From the NCBI GenBank assembly GCA_977030845.1, contig OZ365110.1:25606001-25670000 (forward strand): a stretch of DNA of 64,000 nucleotides. The letters run 5' to 3'. The notes under the pieces were generated by a model. The model searched no databases. It worked only from the letters and a program-made list of their open reading frames with translations, and was not told the DNA's origin. The DNA is from Fimbriosthenelais zetlandica. Lineage: Eukaryota. This document shows, piece by piece, positions 1 to 24,419 of the stretch. Each line of letters starts with the position of its first letter. Position 1 is the first letter of the stretch. A program made the translations under genes and the position numbers.

Positions 1-860
1 CCCCCAAAATGGGGGAACCGGGAATTGGAGTACTACTACAATTTTTTTGCAGAAATACATTCACAAGTGGTACCATTCAAGAAACCGACGGGTGCCAAGC
101 TGGCACCCTTGAGCATTTTTAATAAAATCGGTTTCCATGGCAACCAGCTATGAAATTGGGGAATTTTTGAATTTGTGATATCTTAGGATCTAGAAATGCG
201 ATTTATTTAAACAATATGTCCACACATATGTAACCTTAGATACTCTATCACATGGTCACATGACCAAGGTGATTTGAGGTCAAGGTCATTGAAAGGTCAA
301 GGTCAAATACCAAAAAATCAGCATTTTTTTGAGTTCAGTGTCATTTTGTCTGTGCCAAATGGGTTTTTTGAATGATGTACATAACTGTACATAAACCAAG
401 TATGCAACAAGTATGTTCCAACATAATTATGAGAGGTGCTCAATTACCTACAGCCACTGCCAGAAAGAAGTTGACATGACAATGAACATATTAATACTTT
501 GGTATTACAGAAAATTGAATAATCTCCTTTTCACCCTGTGGCATTTTGAGAAATTCAAGATGGCCACCAAAGTCAATGAATGCCTATAAATTAATAAATT
601 TGCATCCAAATCGGTAATGTTGTACCATTTTATAGGGTTTCCGGGGTCAAGGAATCAGTTGGAATCATGTCTAGGGGTGTCAGATTGGTTTGTATTTACC
701 ATGGTTACCAGTAACTTAACACATCATATAGGTATGACCTCAAAAAATTGCAAATTATTTGTAAATAATGATGTGGAATATCACATCCACCATATATAGA
801 CATCCGAAGATTTATCAGTTGGGTCCCAAAATTTAGTCAAATTCAAAATGAAAGGGCTAA
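1..860. mobile_element. Fragment of an interspersed repeat, probably a non-autonomous DNA element (left end outside the window)
   Basis: No credible CDS. Carries aggtcaaggtca/tgacc motifs like those of the 3.4-4.7 kb block, plus a palindrome GTTTCCATGGCAAC at 131-144. Family not determinable. Confidence 0.4.
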
Positions 861-2640
861 ATCTTAGGCAGGAAGGGCCATATGATGAGCTGGAATGACA
901 TATCTTTGGCAGAAAGGGCGATGTCTTGTACAAGAAGGGCAATATCTTGGCTAGGAAGGACAATATCTTGGAAAGGGGGTGTCAGGTGTTGAGCTGTAAG
1001 GGTCATATCTTTGGCAGAATGGGCCATGTCTTGTACAGGAAGGGCCATATCTTTGGCAGAATGGGCCATGTCTTGTACAGGAAGGGCCATATCATAATCT
1101 GGAAGGACCAGATGTTGAGCTGGAAGGGCCATATTTTGAGCTGGAAGGGTCATATCTTGAACTGGAAGGGCCATATCTTGAGCTGGAGCGGCCAGGTCTT
1201 GAGCTAGAAGGGTCAGGTAGAGACAGGATGGGCTATATCTTAGCCAGGAAAGGCCCTATCTTGAGCTGGAAGGCCATATCTTTGGCAGATTGCGCCATGT
1301 CTTGTACAGGTAGGGCCAGATGTTGATCTGGAAGTGCCATATCTTGAGCTAGAAGGGTCATATCTTGAGCTAGAAGGGTCAGGTCTTCAGCTGGAAGTGT
1401 CAGGTTGGGACAGGAAGGTCCATATCTTAGCCAGGAAGGGCCATGTCTTGAGCTGAAGGGCCAGGTCCTCAGCTGGAAGGGCCCTATCTTGGCCAGGAAG
1501 TCTCAGATGTTGAGCTGAAAGGGCCATATCTTTGGCAGAATGGGCCTTGTCTTGTACAGGTAGGGTCAGATGTTGATCTGGAAGTGCCATATCTTGAGCT
1601 AGAAGGGTCATATCTTGAGCTGGAAGGGTCAGGTCTTCAGCTGGAAAGGTCAGCTAGAGACAAGAAAGGCGATATCTTAGCCAGGAAAGGCCCTATCTTG
1701 AGCTGGGAGGGCCATATCTTTGGCAGAATGGGCCATGTCTTGTACAGGAAGGGCCATATCTCGAGCTGGAGCAGCCAGGTCTTGAGCTAGAAGGGTCAGG
1801 TAGAGACAGGAAGGGCCGTATCTTAGCTAGGAAAGGCGCTATCTTGAGCTGGAAGGGCCAGGTCTTCAGCTGGAAGGGCCATATCTTGGCTAGGAAGTGT
1901 CGGATGTTGAGCTAAAAGGGCCAGATGTTGAGCTGGAAGGGCCATATCTTGATCTGGAAGGGCCATATCATGAGCTGGAAAGGCCATATCTTTGGCGGAA
2001 TGCACCATGTCTTGTACAGGAAGGGAGAGATATTGAACTTGAAGGGCCATATCTTGAGCTAGAAGGGTCATATCTTGTACAGGAAGGGCCATATCTTGAG
2101 CTGGAAGGGCCATATTTTGCGCTGGAACGGCCATATCTTGCGCTGGAACGGCCTGGTCTTCATCTGGAAGGGTCAGCTAGGGACAGGAAGGGCCATATCT
2201 TAGAAAGGAAAGGCCCTATCTTGAGCTGGAAAGGCCATATCTTTGGCAGAATGCGCCATGTCTTGGAAGGGCCAGGTCTTCAGCTGGAAGGGCCAGGTCT
2301 TCAGCTGGAAGGGTCAGGTTTTGGACAGGAAGGGTCATATCTTGATCTGTAAGGTTCAGAACTTTGACAGGAATGGCCATATCTTGAGATGGGCAGGAAG
2401 GACCAGATATTGAGATGGGAGGGGTAGATCCTGAGCTGGAAATGTTAGGTATAGGACCGAAAGGGCCATAAGTTGGGCAGGAAGGGAAATATCTTGAGCT
2501 GAAAGGGCGAGATATTAAGGTGGAAGGGCATTTCTTGGCCTGGAGAGGCCAGATTTTTAGCTGGAATGGCTATATATTGGGGAGGATGGGCAAAATCCTG
2601 AGATGGAAGGGTCAGATCTTGGGCAGGAAGAGCCCTTGAT
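860..2640. repeat. 21-bp minisatellite array (consensus about GGAAGGGCCATATCTTGAGCT), about 80-85 units, with higher-order variant blocks
   Basis: Unit directly visible. It produces 7-aa periodic ORFs on both strands (LPAQDMA, KGHILSW, LEGPYLE). The variant block tttggcagaatgggccatgtcttgtacagg recurs at intervals close to multiples of 21. Confidence 0.95.
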
Positions 2641-2959
2641 CTTGAGCAGAAAGTACTCTGGTATGTCATTTTTTGAGTTAATGAATATGCTGTAATCGAA
2701 CTTAGACAAGTAAGTGCTTTAGAGACCCTCTGATTTATAGGTGATTCCCTTATGACAGAGATGTTGATTTTTGATATGATTTCTGAGGTCTATTCACAGA
2801 TAAACTGGTCTGCATGGGGTTCTACATGTCATTTACACAGGACAGACACTGGGTTTATGGATCAATTATTGTAGTATTTCATAACCACGGTGATCATATC
2901 TCCCTGGCAACCAATTTGAGGCCCTCATTCTAGACCCATTTGAATGAATTTCTTGGCCA

Positions 2960-3390
2960 CCAAAACCCTGAGGGCCTGAACCAAACGTGGGTGGATCATA
3001 GACTGGAGCACCTGGATCATTGTCTGGGGGGCTGAAACCCACACTGGAGGGCCTAAACCATGGGTTTAATGGCTTGTACCATAATTAACCTATAGATCTA
3101 TCTGGGTTAGGGCCTGGGGCTTAAGCTTGACTCTGAGTGGCTGAACCTTGGGCTTGACAGGCTGAAGCTTCGCCTAGTGGTCTGGAGGCCCTGGTCTATG
3201 GCTTGGAGGGGCTAAAACCTGGCCCTGTGGATCTGAAACTAAGCCCCTGGAGGGCTGAACCATGGTCTGGAGGGGCTGAAGCTTGACCTTGAAGGCCTTA
3301 GCCCGGAGAGGCTGAACCATGATGGTCTGGAGGAGCCCAATATTGGCCTTGACTCCAGGCCTGGTCCATGGCCTAAAGGGGCTGAACCTG
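2960..3390. repeat. Degenerate GC-rich tandem array of about 20/40-bp units (ggaggggctgaacc...atggtct)
   Basis: ggggctgaa(a)cc / gggctaaaacc / atggtctggagg motifs recur roughly every 20-40 bp. Confidence 0.7.
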
Positions 3391-3419
3391 GTCCTTATAG
3401 GGGCCCTGATTCAATTCAT

Positions 3420-4450
3420 GTATATCTATTTGAACTTCAAAATTCTAATGAAATTGAAGTTGATGTCAATTAGTTATGGCACAAAATGTGCTTACTAGAT
3501 ATCAGCCTTGCAGGATGTGACCTTTGACATTTGGCCTCCTTCTGAAGGAACAATGCATGCTGGGACAATGATATCTTCTGATTTTATTCGCAATGACATT
3601 GCCGTCAGAGTGGATATCTGATCTTGTTCAAATCTTTAATTATATTCTCAGAAAATCCTTTGAAATAGGTCTCCTCGTGATTTTTATGGGAATTTTTTTT
3701 AGGTTTGACCTTCATTTTGATGACCTTGACCTTGGGTCAATGTCAAATAGACATACGTGAATTGAAGGTATCATATTGGTGCATCAATGTTCAAAATATT
3801 AATGAATTTGAAGTTGATGTAAATTAGTTATGGCACAAAATGTGCTTACCAGATATAAGCCTTGCAGGATGTGACCTTTGACCTTTGGCCTCCTTCTGAA
3901 GGAACAATGCATGCTGGGACAGTGATATCTTCTGATTTTATTCGCCATGACATTGCCTTCAGGGTGGATATCTGATCTTGTTCAAATCTTTAATCATTTT
4001 CACCGAAAATCCTTTGAAAAAGGTCTCCTCATGATTTTAATGGGATTTTTTAGGTTTGACCTTCATTTTGATGACCTTGACCTTGGTCAAGGTCAAATAG
4101 ACATACATGAATTGAAGGTATCATGTTGGTGCATCAATGTTCAAAATATTAATGAATTTGAAGTTGATGCCAATTAGTTATGGCACAAAATGTATTTACC
4201 AGATACCAGCCTTGCAGGGTGTGACCTTTGACCTTTGACCTCATTCTGAAGGAACAATGCATGCTGGGAAAATTATATCTTCTGATTTTATTCGCCATGA
4301 CATTGCCTTCAGGGTGGATATATGATCTTGTTCAAATCTTTAATAATATTCACAAAAAGTCATTTGGAATCGATCCCCTCATGATTTTTATGGGTTTTTT
4401 AAATGTTTGACCTTCATTTAGATGACCTTGACCTTGGTCAAGGTCAAATT
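3420..4450. repeat. About 350-bp tandem repeat, about 3 copies
   Basis: The anchor aatgaa(a/t)ttgaagttgatg...ttagttatggcacaaaatg occurs at 3447, 3801 and 4151 (spacing 354 and 350). Confidence 0.93.
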
Positions 4451-4821
4451 CTTAATAACAAGAGAAAGTGACCATTGCGTGTATGCAGCATATCAAATAT
4501 GAAAGCAATTCATGAAAAACTGACCAGTTTATCCTTAAAAAACTTAAATTTCTAATTGGTGGCTAAAAATCTTGACCTTTGACCTTTAACCCCCGATTTC
4601 GTGGCCGCCATTTTGAATTTTCAGGTGGCTAACGTGCTTTTCTAAGAAACAGACATCAGGACCAACTATGTGCATAATCTGTTGCTTGTATCACAAAAGG
4701 AGGTATTTGGCCGTTTTTTGGCAGTTATCTGCCCCACTAAAGACGACACTGACCTTTGCTATTGTTCTTTTGACAAAATACTAATATATTATTCACTATG
4801 CGATATTTATTTATCAAAAAG

Positions 4822-7800
4822 ATCAAAAGCTTAAGCGATGAAATATTGAAAGCTGGATGTAAACAGCTGGAAGCTACATGTGTGAGGGAGGAGAGCACTC
4901 AAAATAAGGGTCTGAGTGGAGAAGGGGACCATTCAAGTCAATCAAATATGGAGATGTCAACTGAAGGTTGGTTGATCCTATAAATTCATGGATTTTCCTA
5001 AATTGTTTCTTAAAACGGTATTTGGTACAGAATAAGATTCCCTTTCAATATATTCCTCCGGTTTTCCAGTAAGTTTGAGACCAAATTGATATTCTAGATG
5101 TGCCTGGTGAAAAACAAGAAGAAACTCTGACTCTTGATGAAGTACAAACTTTGTCAAAAGAAAAGTCGTCCACTAATGATTATCCTTTGGAATTGCTCCA
5201 AAGCTACCTAGAGAAAAACACGGGAGAATCGTAAGTTTTCTCATCAAAAGGAATACAGGAATTGCTATGGATTAAATGCAGTGATCTGCCTTTACTGATG
5301 TGTTTGAATAATTTGGTTTCAGTCCCCCTTTCGAGAAAGATGAGATAAAGGTTCTTCAGAGTTCCTTCAGACGCTCCCTTGAATGTTCCCATACATATTC
5401 CGTATGTGGTCTTAAAGGTACACCAGATAATGAATCCACTGTCTTTTTCTGCAAAACTTTCTCAGGAAAAACATATGTATTAGTTTAGATGGGTTTCAAT
5501 TCCATGATATTCTTAAATTGACCAGAACCTATGTGTAGTTCTTTAGGTTTGTTTTTCAATTGCCTCATATTCCTAAATCTTTTAACCAGAACCTATTATG
5601 GAGAAGCATAGATTTCAACAGATGAGCTTCTCTGATCTCCTGAGGGATGTAGACATTGAGCTGATGGACTGTAAGGATGAAGATCTTCCCTGGATACCTG
5701 TTCACCTTCAAGATGTGATGGACATAGAAACCGACCTTCTACAACGACTTAAGCATGGAATACCTGATGACACTGGGGAGAGAGATCCCCTTCATGAAGA
5801 CGGGAAGAAAATCAGTTTGAAGACTGAACGGTTGGAGGGTATGTATGAGATAGCTTTCATGATTCTATAATGTTAAAATACATGTGAAACACAGATCTAA
5901 TAAGAAACTCGAGTACACAGGAGTTAAAAAAGACAGAAAGAAAAGAATTTGAAATGGAAATATTTGTATATCTTTTAGAAAATAAACTGGTGTTGCCAAG
6001 GAGAAATATTCAGACACCCATGAAACATCAGGGTAAGTAACAATCACATGATGATCTGTAGGTTGGTCGAATAAGGACAATATTTCAATTCACCTTAAGC
6101 AGTTTCTCTGCTCATCAAAGACTGATATTAATTTATTGCAGTTTCGGATGTCAAGAAAGACAAGGAAATAAATACTAGAGTGAAGGCACTGCCCCAGGAC
6201 TCCGACCCACTGTCTGAGTTTATGTGGATGAAACAGCATAAAACGCCCCAAAATAAAACTCCTGAAATGCCAACAGAAAATGACAAAAAACCGTCGAAGA
6301 TTGAAGGTATTTTATTTTGAATATTGTCGGTATTGTCACAGATAGTGTGAACAGTAAAGCACACTGACTGTTTTAAATAATCTCAAAATTGATTTGATTT
6401 GTTCTGTTTGGGTTGATAAGGAGAAACATTTTTGACGAAAGACCATCCAAGAAGTTTGACAGACAACGAGATTCACCAAAATCAATCACACAAGGCAGAT
6501 CGGATCATCAAAGTGTCTTTTGCAGGTGAGCATTTTTTATTTTGATTTGAGCGTTGATTACACATAAATGTATAAAAGTCCATTTCAAGTATTAAGAAAA
6601 GAGTAAGGAAATTTCAATTTTATTTCCAGGAGAATATCAAAAGCCTATTAGATGCTTCCAGAAAGGTGCAGATAGTCTCCTGAGGAATCTGCAGAGCCAT
6701 AAATTCTTGCCAAAATCGCAGACTGTTGACTGCCTCACACCTGCTATCACAAAATTTATGCTGAGACAACAGAGACAAGCCTGCGATACGTCACAAGGTA
6801 CATTCAGGTATTTTACCATTTTATTTTTTTTATTATGCACTAACGTATCAGAATGAAATTTAACTATTTTAATCCATCAGATTCGGGCTCAGAGGACAGG
6901 TTACAGATCTACCAGTCAGTGGTGGGTCTCCATTCAGTGATAGATGGTTTATATACTGTGTATCACAGTTGTCTGCCCTCAGCTGCAGCCCGCCTGGCAG
7001 AGATAAACCAACAATATGGTACCTTACCACATGACCTCGTCCTGGTAAGCTTTAATAAAATGTTTTCTTGGCTCTATAATTGTGGTTCAAAACTGATTTA
7101 TAAATCAGTTTCTGTGATCCTGAATGCACCTATATTAAATGTATTCTTAGCAAATTTCACATGAAGCGGACACAATTTTCAGGTTAGGAAGGAACTATTT
7201 GAAATCTACATCTCCTTCAGTAGGAGGCACGTCCTTCATCCTAAAATCCTGGCTATGTGCCGCCTCCTCAACGAATGGAGAACTAAAAAGCCATCTTCTA
7301 GACATGGCGAGCCTAAGGTAACAATCTTACATTAGTTTACTAAGGAAACATTCTGACCCTTCTGATATCGAATTGATTAAACCAGTGGAAAACACATTTC
7401 ATTATAAAAATGGTATTTGATAAACGCTTTCCAGGTGCTTGTGATAATGGATCATTTGTCAGACATTCTGGGGAACTGTATCAAAGAAGGCCTTGATACT
7501 CTAGATGGTCTCTCAACTAAGATTGTCTTCCATGAGTCTACACAACTACAAAACCTCGAGTATCTGATCGCTTTCTTGCAGTTCTTGAACATTTGATTTT
7601 TCTTATCCCTTTTCAATTGTTAAATAATCAATGTTAAAATTGAGTTTGTCTTTAAGTTCCTTTCAATGACAGGGAATCAACGTGTCTGATATCAGCCAGT
7701 TCACTACTGAGTGACATTCAGCTGAATGACTTCGCCATCGTCATTGAATATGATTATAAGGAGCCTTCAACACTCAGAGAGAAGTGCAAGCAATTTGATG

Positions 7801-10800
7801 TGGATTTTATTGGTTTGGAAGTTGATACGAAAACTGCATTTGAAGGCGAAGAAGGTGGGCGTTCTTTTTCTAAATGGTTTTGTAGATGAACTGTCCAGAA
7901 ATTTTAAGATAAACACACCGTGAAGTTCATTTCCAGAATAAACTTTGAATTGTCCTTTACAGTTGATGTCATCCCAGGAGGTTTACCATTTGAGTCCCTG
8001 GAGGTACAGCATGAGTGTTGTCAGTACACTTTCATAGGCTCCTTAATGCTGACCTCCGACACAGAACTTTTGCATCTATTGGAGACAAGGTAAGCAAAGT
8101 CCCTCTAACTCCATAAACTATATTCAATTTTCCATTCAATCTTTTTGTAATTCATATAGATCTTGTAATATTTTGGATCTCTCATTTAGATACAACATAA
8201 TGGTGATAGAGCGTGACTACCGCCTCCTGGGTCCAGCCTACCAGGAGCTGTGTTTTGCTGATGTAGTGGTTGATCAGGATACTGGAGTTCTTCTTGTGAA
8301 TCTATTAGACCTGAAGGACCCCAGCCACGTCTCCCCTCTCATTGTCAAACTGACTCAACTCAGCTTCAAATACAACTATTGTTGGCTCATACTTCAAGCT
8401 GCTCGTACTGGAGAAAGCAAGGAGTGAGTCGTCTTCTTCTATTGTACATTTGCATTCCATTCAATTTGTCTGAGAATCCTTTTGTCTCAGAGGACAGTCA
8501 TATAAAAGCTTTCTTCTTTCAAGGTATGCTTATTCTTGTGAAGCAACTTCAAACTTAGCACGACTGCACGCTGGCATTTCCCAACTGTCAGCAATCCTGC
8601 CGAGTTACCAAATAATAGTAAGTTAAAGAGTTGTTTGGCCAATTTGGTCAAACCAAGGGTTTTGAAAGTATTTTCCATATTTATTCAAAACACAGTTTGT
8701 TCCTCTCTACCCAGACACAAATCTTTCCATTGCATGCTCTTTCCAACGAAGTCAATCATTGGCCTTGTTTATTGAATTACATATTGAATTACATGTACTT
8801 TTTTACAGCGTTTTTAATTCACTCAATCCTATAAGGTCGTCAACTCAGGATCTCTGAAAATGACAGCAGGTTTACTAAGGATGATAGGATGGACTGCTTG
8901 CAGTGAGTCAGAGGTGTGGAAAGAGAAAGACTGGTTAAATCGCACCTGGCTCACACCCAATATGGCCGCGGTAGTATAAGCCCTTTAACTCATTCTACAT
9001 TCCCTTTGAGACTTGAATTTTTGGGGGATAGAATTAAAAATACACCAATCATCCTAAGGTGTACTTAAATGTTGTAAATTTTATACCGTTTTCTTCCATT
9101 GTAGCAAGAAAAATTCCTCCTGACTCTGCCTTGTTTCAATGCATTCAGGTAATCGTTTTACGTTTTTCCTGTAAATGCATACATTTCCCGACAAGTGGCA
9201 GCTTACAAGAATAATATGTCTCAAAGCCAGTTACGGAATGGATAACTTTACTTTATCATTTCAGTGCACAGCTTTTACTGGCCCGTGTATCTCTGAGTGA
9301 AGTAGCCTACCTGAGTGAGCAACAGATAAAGGATATCTGTCCATGGCTTTCAGAGGAGGTCATCCAGGTATTACCTAATATATTTAGATCATACAATGTA
9401 AATGTTCAAATGCTTTCTGGCCATTGCAAATCCTTGATGAGAACTCAAGAAGCTGTGTATTTTGATAAATGAATGAGTAATGGAGAAGGTAAAAAGCATT
9501 TTCTTCAAAATGAATGAATTGTTACAAGACCCAGAGAACACACGATGCATTTATTTTTTCAGTACTTCTTCAATGTTCTGGATATGGACGATGGCTTCAA
9601 ACCATTCCTCGATCAGCACCCTCGAGCTGAAGTGCATGCATTACTTGGTCGAGAAAGCATGCCTGAAATTGAGCCTACGGTGACATCCATAGAAGAGCTT
9701 GATATAAGACAAAATGATCAAGCAGTGAGCAACCCAGAGCAAACCAAAAGTTACTCATACTTCGATCATGGTGAAACGTCCACCGAGTCACTCTTAGATC
9801 TGAGCACCTACAGCTTTCCTCCAACCAATGAGTATGAGAGAGCATGCATTGAGACCCAGCAGGATGAACTGTCACTCAGACAAGATTATGGGAAGCCTTA
9901 CAGTACGCTAGACTTCTGTGCGATGGATGATGCGACTAGTATTGTCACCAAAGCTAATGTTTCACATGATAGATACGATGAAACAAAGACAAGAGCCCAA
10001 ACAAGGCATATTGACATTGATCAGCCTCTTGCTATAGACATAAGTGAATACGATTTCATGCGACAAAAAAGGCAGTTCGACAGACATCAGAAACCATTTG
10101 AAGAAAGGCCCTCTCACAGAGTTTCTCAGATGCCGTATGCCAATAGATCTAACCTTAACCTTTGGACTGAGATTGGAGACCTTACTGAAAGGAAATCTGC
10201 CTACCTTCAAAGAGGAGATTCCAACACCAAACCAGATACTTTCCTATCCGACCAATTGGATTCACTGGAGGTATCAGAACGTTACGAGCTGAACCCATTA
10301 CGGAGTAGATCCACTCAGAGGACTTTCTCCATAAACGATGTCAGACTAAATCATCAGAAAAGGTTCAATGCTGACTCAGAGATTTACCATGCTAGAAAAT
10401 CAGACTTGGTGCGGCAGGAGGAAAAGGGCAGTAATGGTGTGGAATATATGACTGAGGGATCCAGTAGGCCTACTAGACCTCCGATGGAAGTACCAGAAAT
10501 GGGTTATATACTGCCTCGTACTCCAGACCATCTCAGAGCCATAGCCCCTGTTACTCCTAAGGTTCGTCGCCCTATCCAGGCCCTTCATCTTGGCTCTCCA
10601 CTTTTGGGGGACACTGCAGATGTACAGATGAATGCTGCGGTTGGTCAAGGGGGGAATATACCTTTCTGTTCAACTGAGAACAAAGGTACTGGAAGTTCAA
10701 GAAAATAGATATATGATACTAATCATAATAATCCGAAATGATTAAATTATGTTCTTTTGACGTGCAAATTTAAGACTTGCAGCTGATATACTTTTTCTAA

Positions 10801-11305
10801 ATTTCTAAGTTTCTAATTTAAATAACTTCGGACTTTTTTGTAGACTGGATAGCCCAGACACGGAATGGTTCTCCTCCAATGGATATTAGCCAGGAAGATG
10901 ACCAAGAATTCTACTCCTTCAGTGTAAGTGTCTCCTCATTTTTATGGGAATTGAAATGTCATCTTGTGACTTTTCTTTGACTTTTTTATCACACTGTTCC
11001 ATGTAGGTAAACAGCAGAGAGCTAAAGCCGCTGCAACAAAGACCAAAGGGAAATAGGGCGTTTGTACATGAAGGTAAACTATATTATTTGTCCGTTTTAG
11101 AAACAATAATTCCAGTTGTTATTTCCATTTCCTTAGACCTCATTTGATAGAAACAAAAATTTCATTTGTTCCCCTATCAGGAGTTTCGTCCATATCTGGA
11201 GATGAACTGAGGCAGATAGAGGGTAAAAGCTCCAAGATGAAGAAACTGACCTACAAAAAGATCCCAGGGGCACCAAAAGGACAGACCAGACTCAGTTTTT
11301 CGTAA
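4822..11305 (+). CDS. SHOC1: SHOC1 (C9orf84/Zip2-like) meiotic crossover protein with XPF-like domain; 5' exons lie upstream of the window
   Basis: Phase-consistent exons 4822-4966, 5098-5230, 5323-5417, 5590-5838, 5979-6032, 6142-6306, 6421-6525, 6630-6797, 6881-7044, 7183-7317, 7435-7559, 7673-7854, 7963-8089, 8190-8423, 8524-8617, 8836-8970, 9105-9148, 9265-9367, 9563-10685, 10844-10923, 11007-11073, 11181-11305 (the first, 4822-4966, is least certain). Segments ELLHLLETRYNIMVIER, LTQLSFKYNYCWLIL, DWLNRTWL, EKFLLTLPCFNAFSAQLLL and C-terminal LTYKKIPGAPKGQTRLSFS* match the recalled human SHOC1 pattern (DILQLLESNYNISLVER, LSLQYRYCWIIL, EWLDKSWL, LTYEKVPGRVDGQTRLRFF). Confidence 0.88.
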
Positions 11306-13194
11306 GGTTTCTGAAGGAGAGTTGGGACTAAGTAATGTTGGGATTAAAATAATGACAAGTATAAAAAATAGATGGCTTGACATCTTGATTATTTAATTAT
11401 TAGATTCATTAAGCACCATTTCACCATTATGCATTTAAAATGTTCATACATGTCGATTACTTCATTAAACAGTTTGTATGTATTTCTAGACCAATTATTT
11501 CAAATTGAATAAGAATACACTACCCCTCAAGGAACATATTCATAAACTCTTATTGATGCCTTAGTGTGACCTCAAACCATTCAGCACCTGTTAATCTAGG
11601 TGATATAGCATTAATTATTATAGTTATACCTTTCATCAGTAAAACATCTCCCATCTCCCTTTGTTAGTATTTTCAATATATACTTCACTGCAAAAGGGTA
11701 AACTATTATTTAGAAGAAAGCCAAATGGGTAACTAATTAAACACCATAATACAAAGTTATCTTCAATGGAATGAATATGCCAAAATGAATCTGATACGAA
11801 CCTAATATGTGTATTCAAATGTAAAACTGTAGCAAACTTGGGTGTACTCGCCTTTGCACAAAAAAGCATATTTCCAAAGTATTCAGCAAATCAAATACAC
11901 TTTATAAAAGATAGAAATATGGCAAATCTAGCATCGCCAAAAACCTCACATATATAGATATGTTAAGATGAATATATATGTTTCGTAGTACATAGTTAAT
12001 GTCATTTAAAAAATCAAATCCATGATGTTTTATCAAATAAGTCCTGCCATTGAAATTCAGCGTCGAGCATCATTTCGAAATGAACAGCATTGTCAGGGTA
12101 CTATATGGCTATATACTGGTCTGGTATAAGGGAATTCCTGAATGGACCGTCCATTTTTAATGCAAGACAAAGGAGAAGCGGAACAAAACGATTGTCTTTT
12201 CTGAGATTCCATCAATCAATCTCTCCATATGACATACAAATTAAAATGAACGAAGCAAATGTTTCGTACCAACCTTAATAATTACTAAACTATAACCATG
12301 AGATATTGAGACACTAGAAGATTACTAGTGAACATTTCAGACTTTACATTAACATCTCATTAAAAATATAAGAATCAGGGAACATGGAACAAGTGTATAA
12401 ATACAAAATCAATTATTATCACGACAAAATATTTTCAATCACTCTATCTGTAGATAAATCCAATTTCAATCATATAATGCTACAGGAGGAAAGGGATAGG
12501 TATGAGGGCAAGAAAGCTTGAGTGATTATTTTTCAGGCAGCAATAGTTTTGATTTGTGTACATCTTATAAAAATGTAAAAAAAAATTAAATAAAATGTTA
12601 AAAGTTGCTAATATAATATAAAGCAAACCACTAAATATCAGGCATATTTCTTAGCAAAATCACTAAAAATCTGGTTGACTAATTGCGCTCACCGGATAAC
12701 ACTGAATCGTATTGACTAAAGAAAAGTAAGGTAACTATCTCAATATCGCCTTCAGTTAATGTTATTCATACTACTATAATTGGAAACTTGTACAAAGCTT
12801 ATTTTGCTTCTTAATCGCCAAGTATTTAACGTGCTGATAAGAATGGCACCCTACAATAAAATCTCAGAAGAAAGCTTCTGTATTGGTGTCTGAAATTAGT
12901 ATTGACAGAAATACCCTTAGTCTATAGAGTCGGTTTCATTCAAGAGATATTTCGGATTTAAATTTTAGTATAAACATTATTCCTTTTCACCATGTTTGGC
13001 ATTCGATGAACTTGACATACAGCTGTATTTGATATGGGTTTTGCGGGTGTAGGTTAATTAGTGTAACAATATACCAAATTCCCATCAACTGCACAGGCTA
13101 CAGCCGGGAATGAAGGGTGGGAGAATTTAACACTGATGAACATTCAAATCATCAAAACCCCCTGTCATGGTACTAGGTCATCGCTTCTTCATCA

Positions 13195-24410
<11,216 letters not shown>

Positions 24411-24419
24411 GTCGCAACT

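Noticed and set aside
857-2669. ORF-track proteins with heptad repeats (MALPAQD, KGHILSW, LEGPYLE)
   Set aside because: By-products of a 21-bp minisatellite open in several frames on both strands, with scattered stops, no splice context and an intronic position in SHOC1.
3947-4410. ORFs of 76 and 60 aa with similar sequence
   Set aside because: Translations of the 350-bp tandem repeat copies.
9675-10648. Several antisense and alternate-frame ORFs
   Set aside because: Shadows of the large SHOC1 exon 9563-10685.
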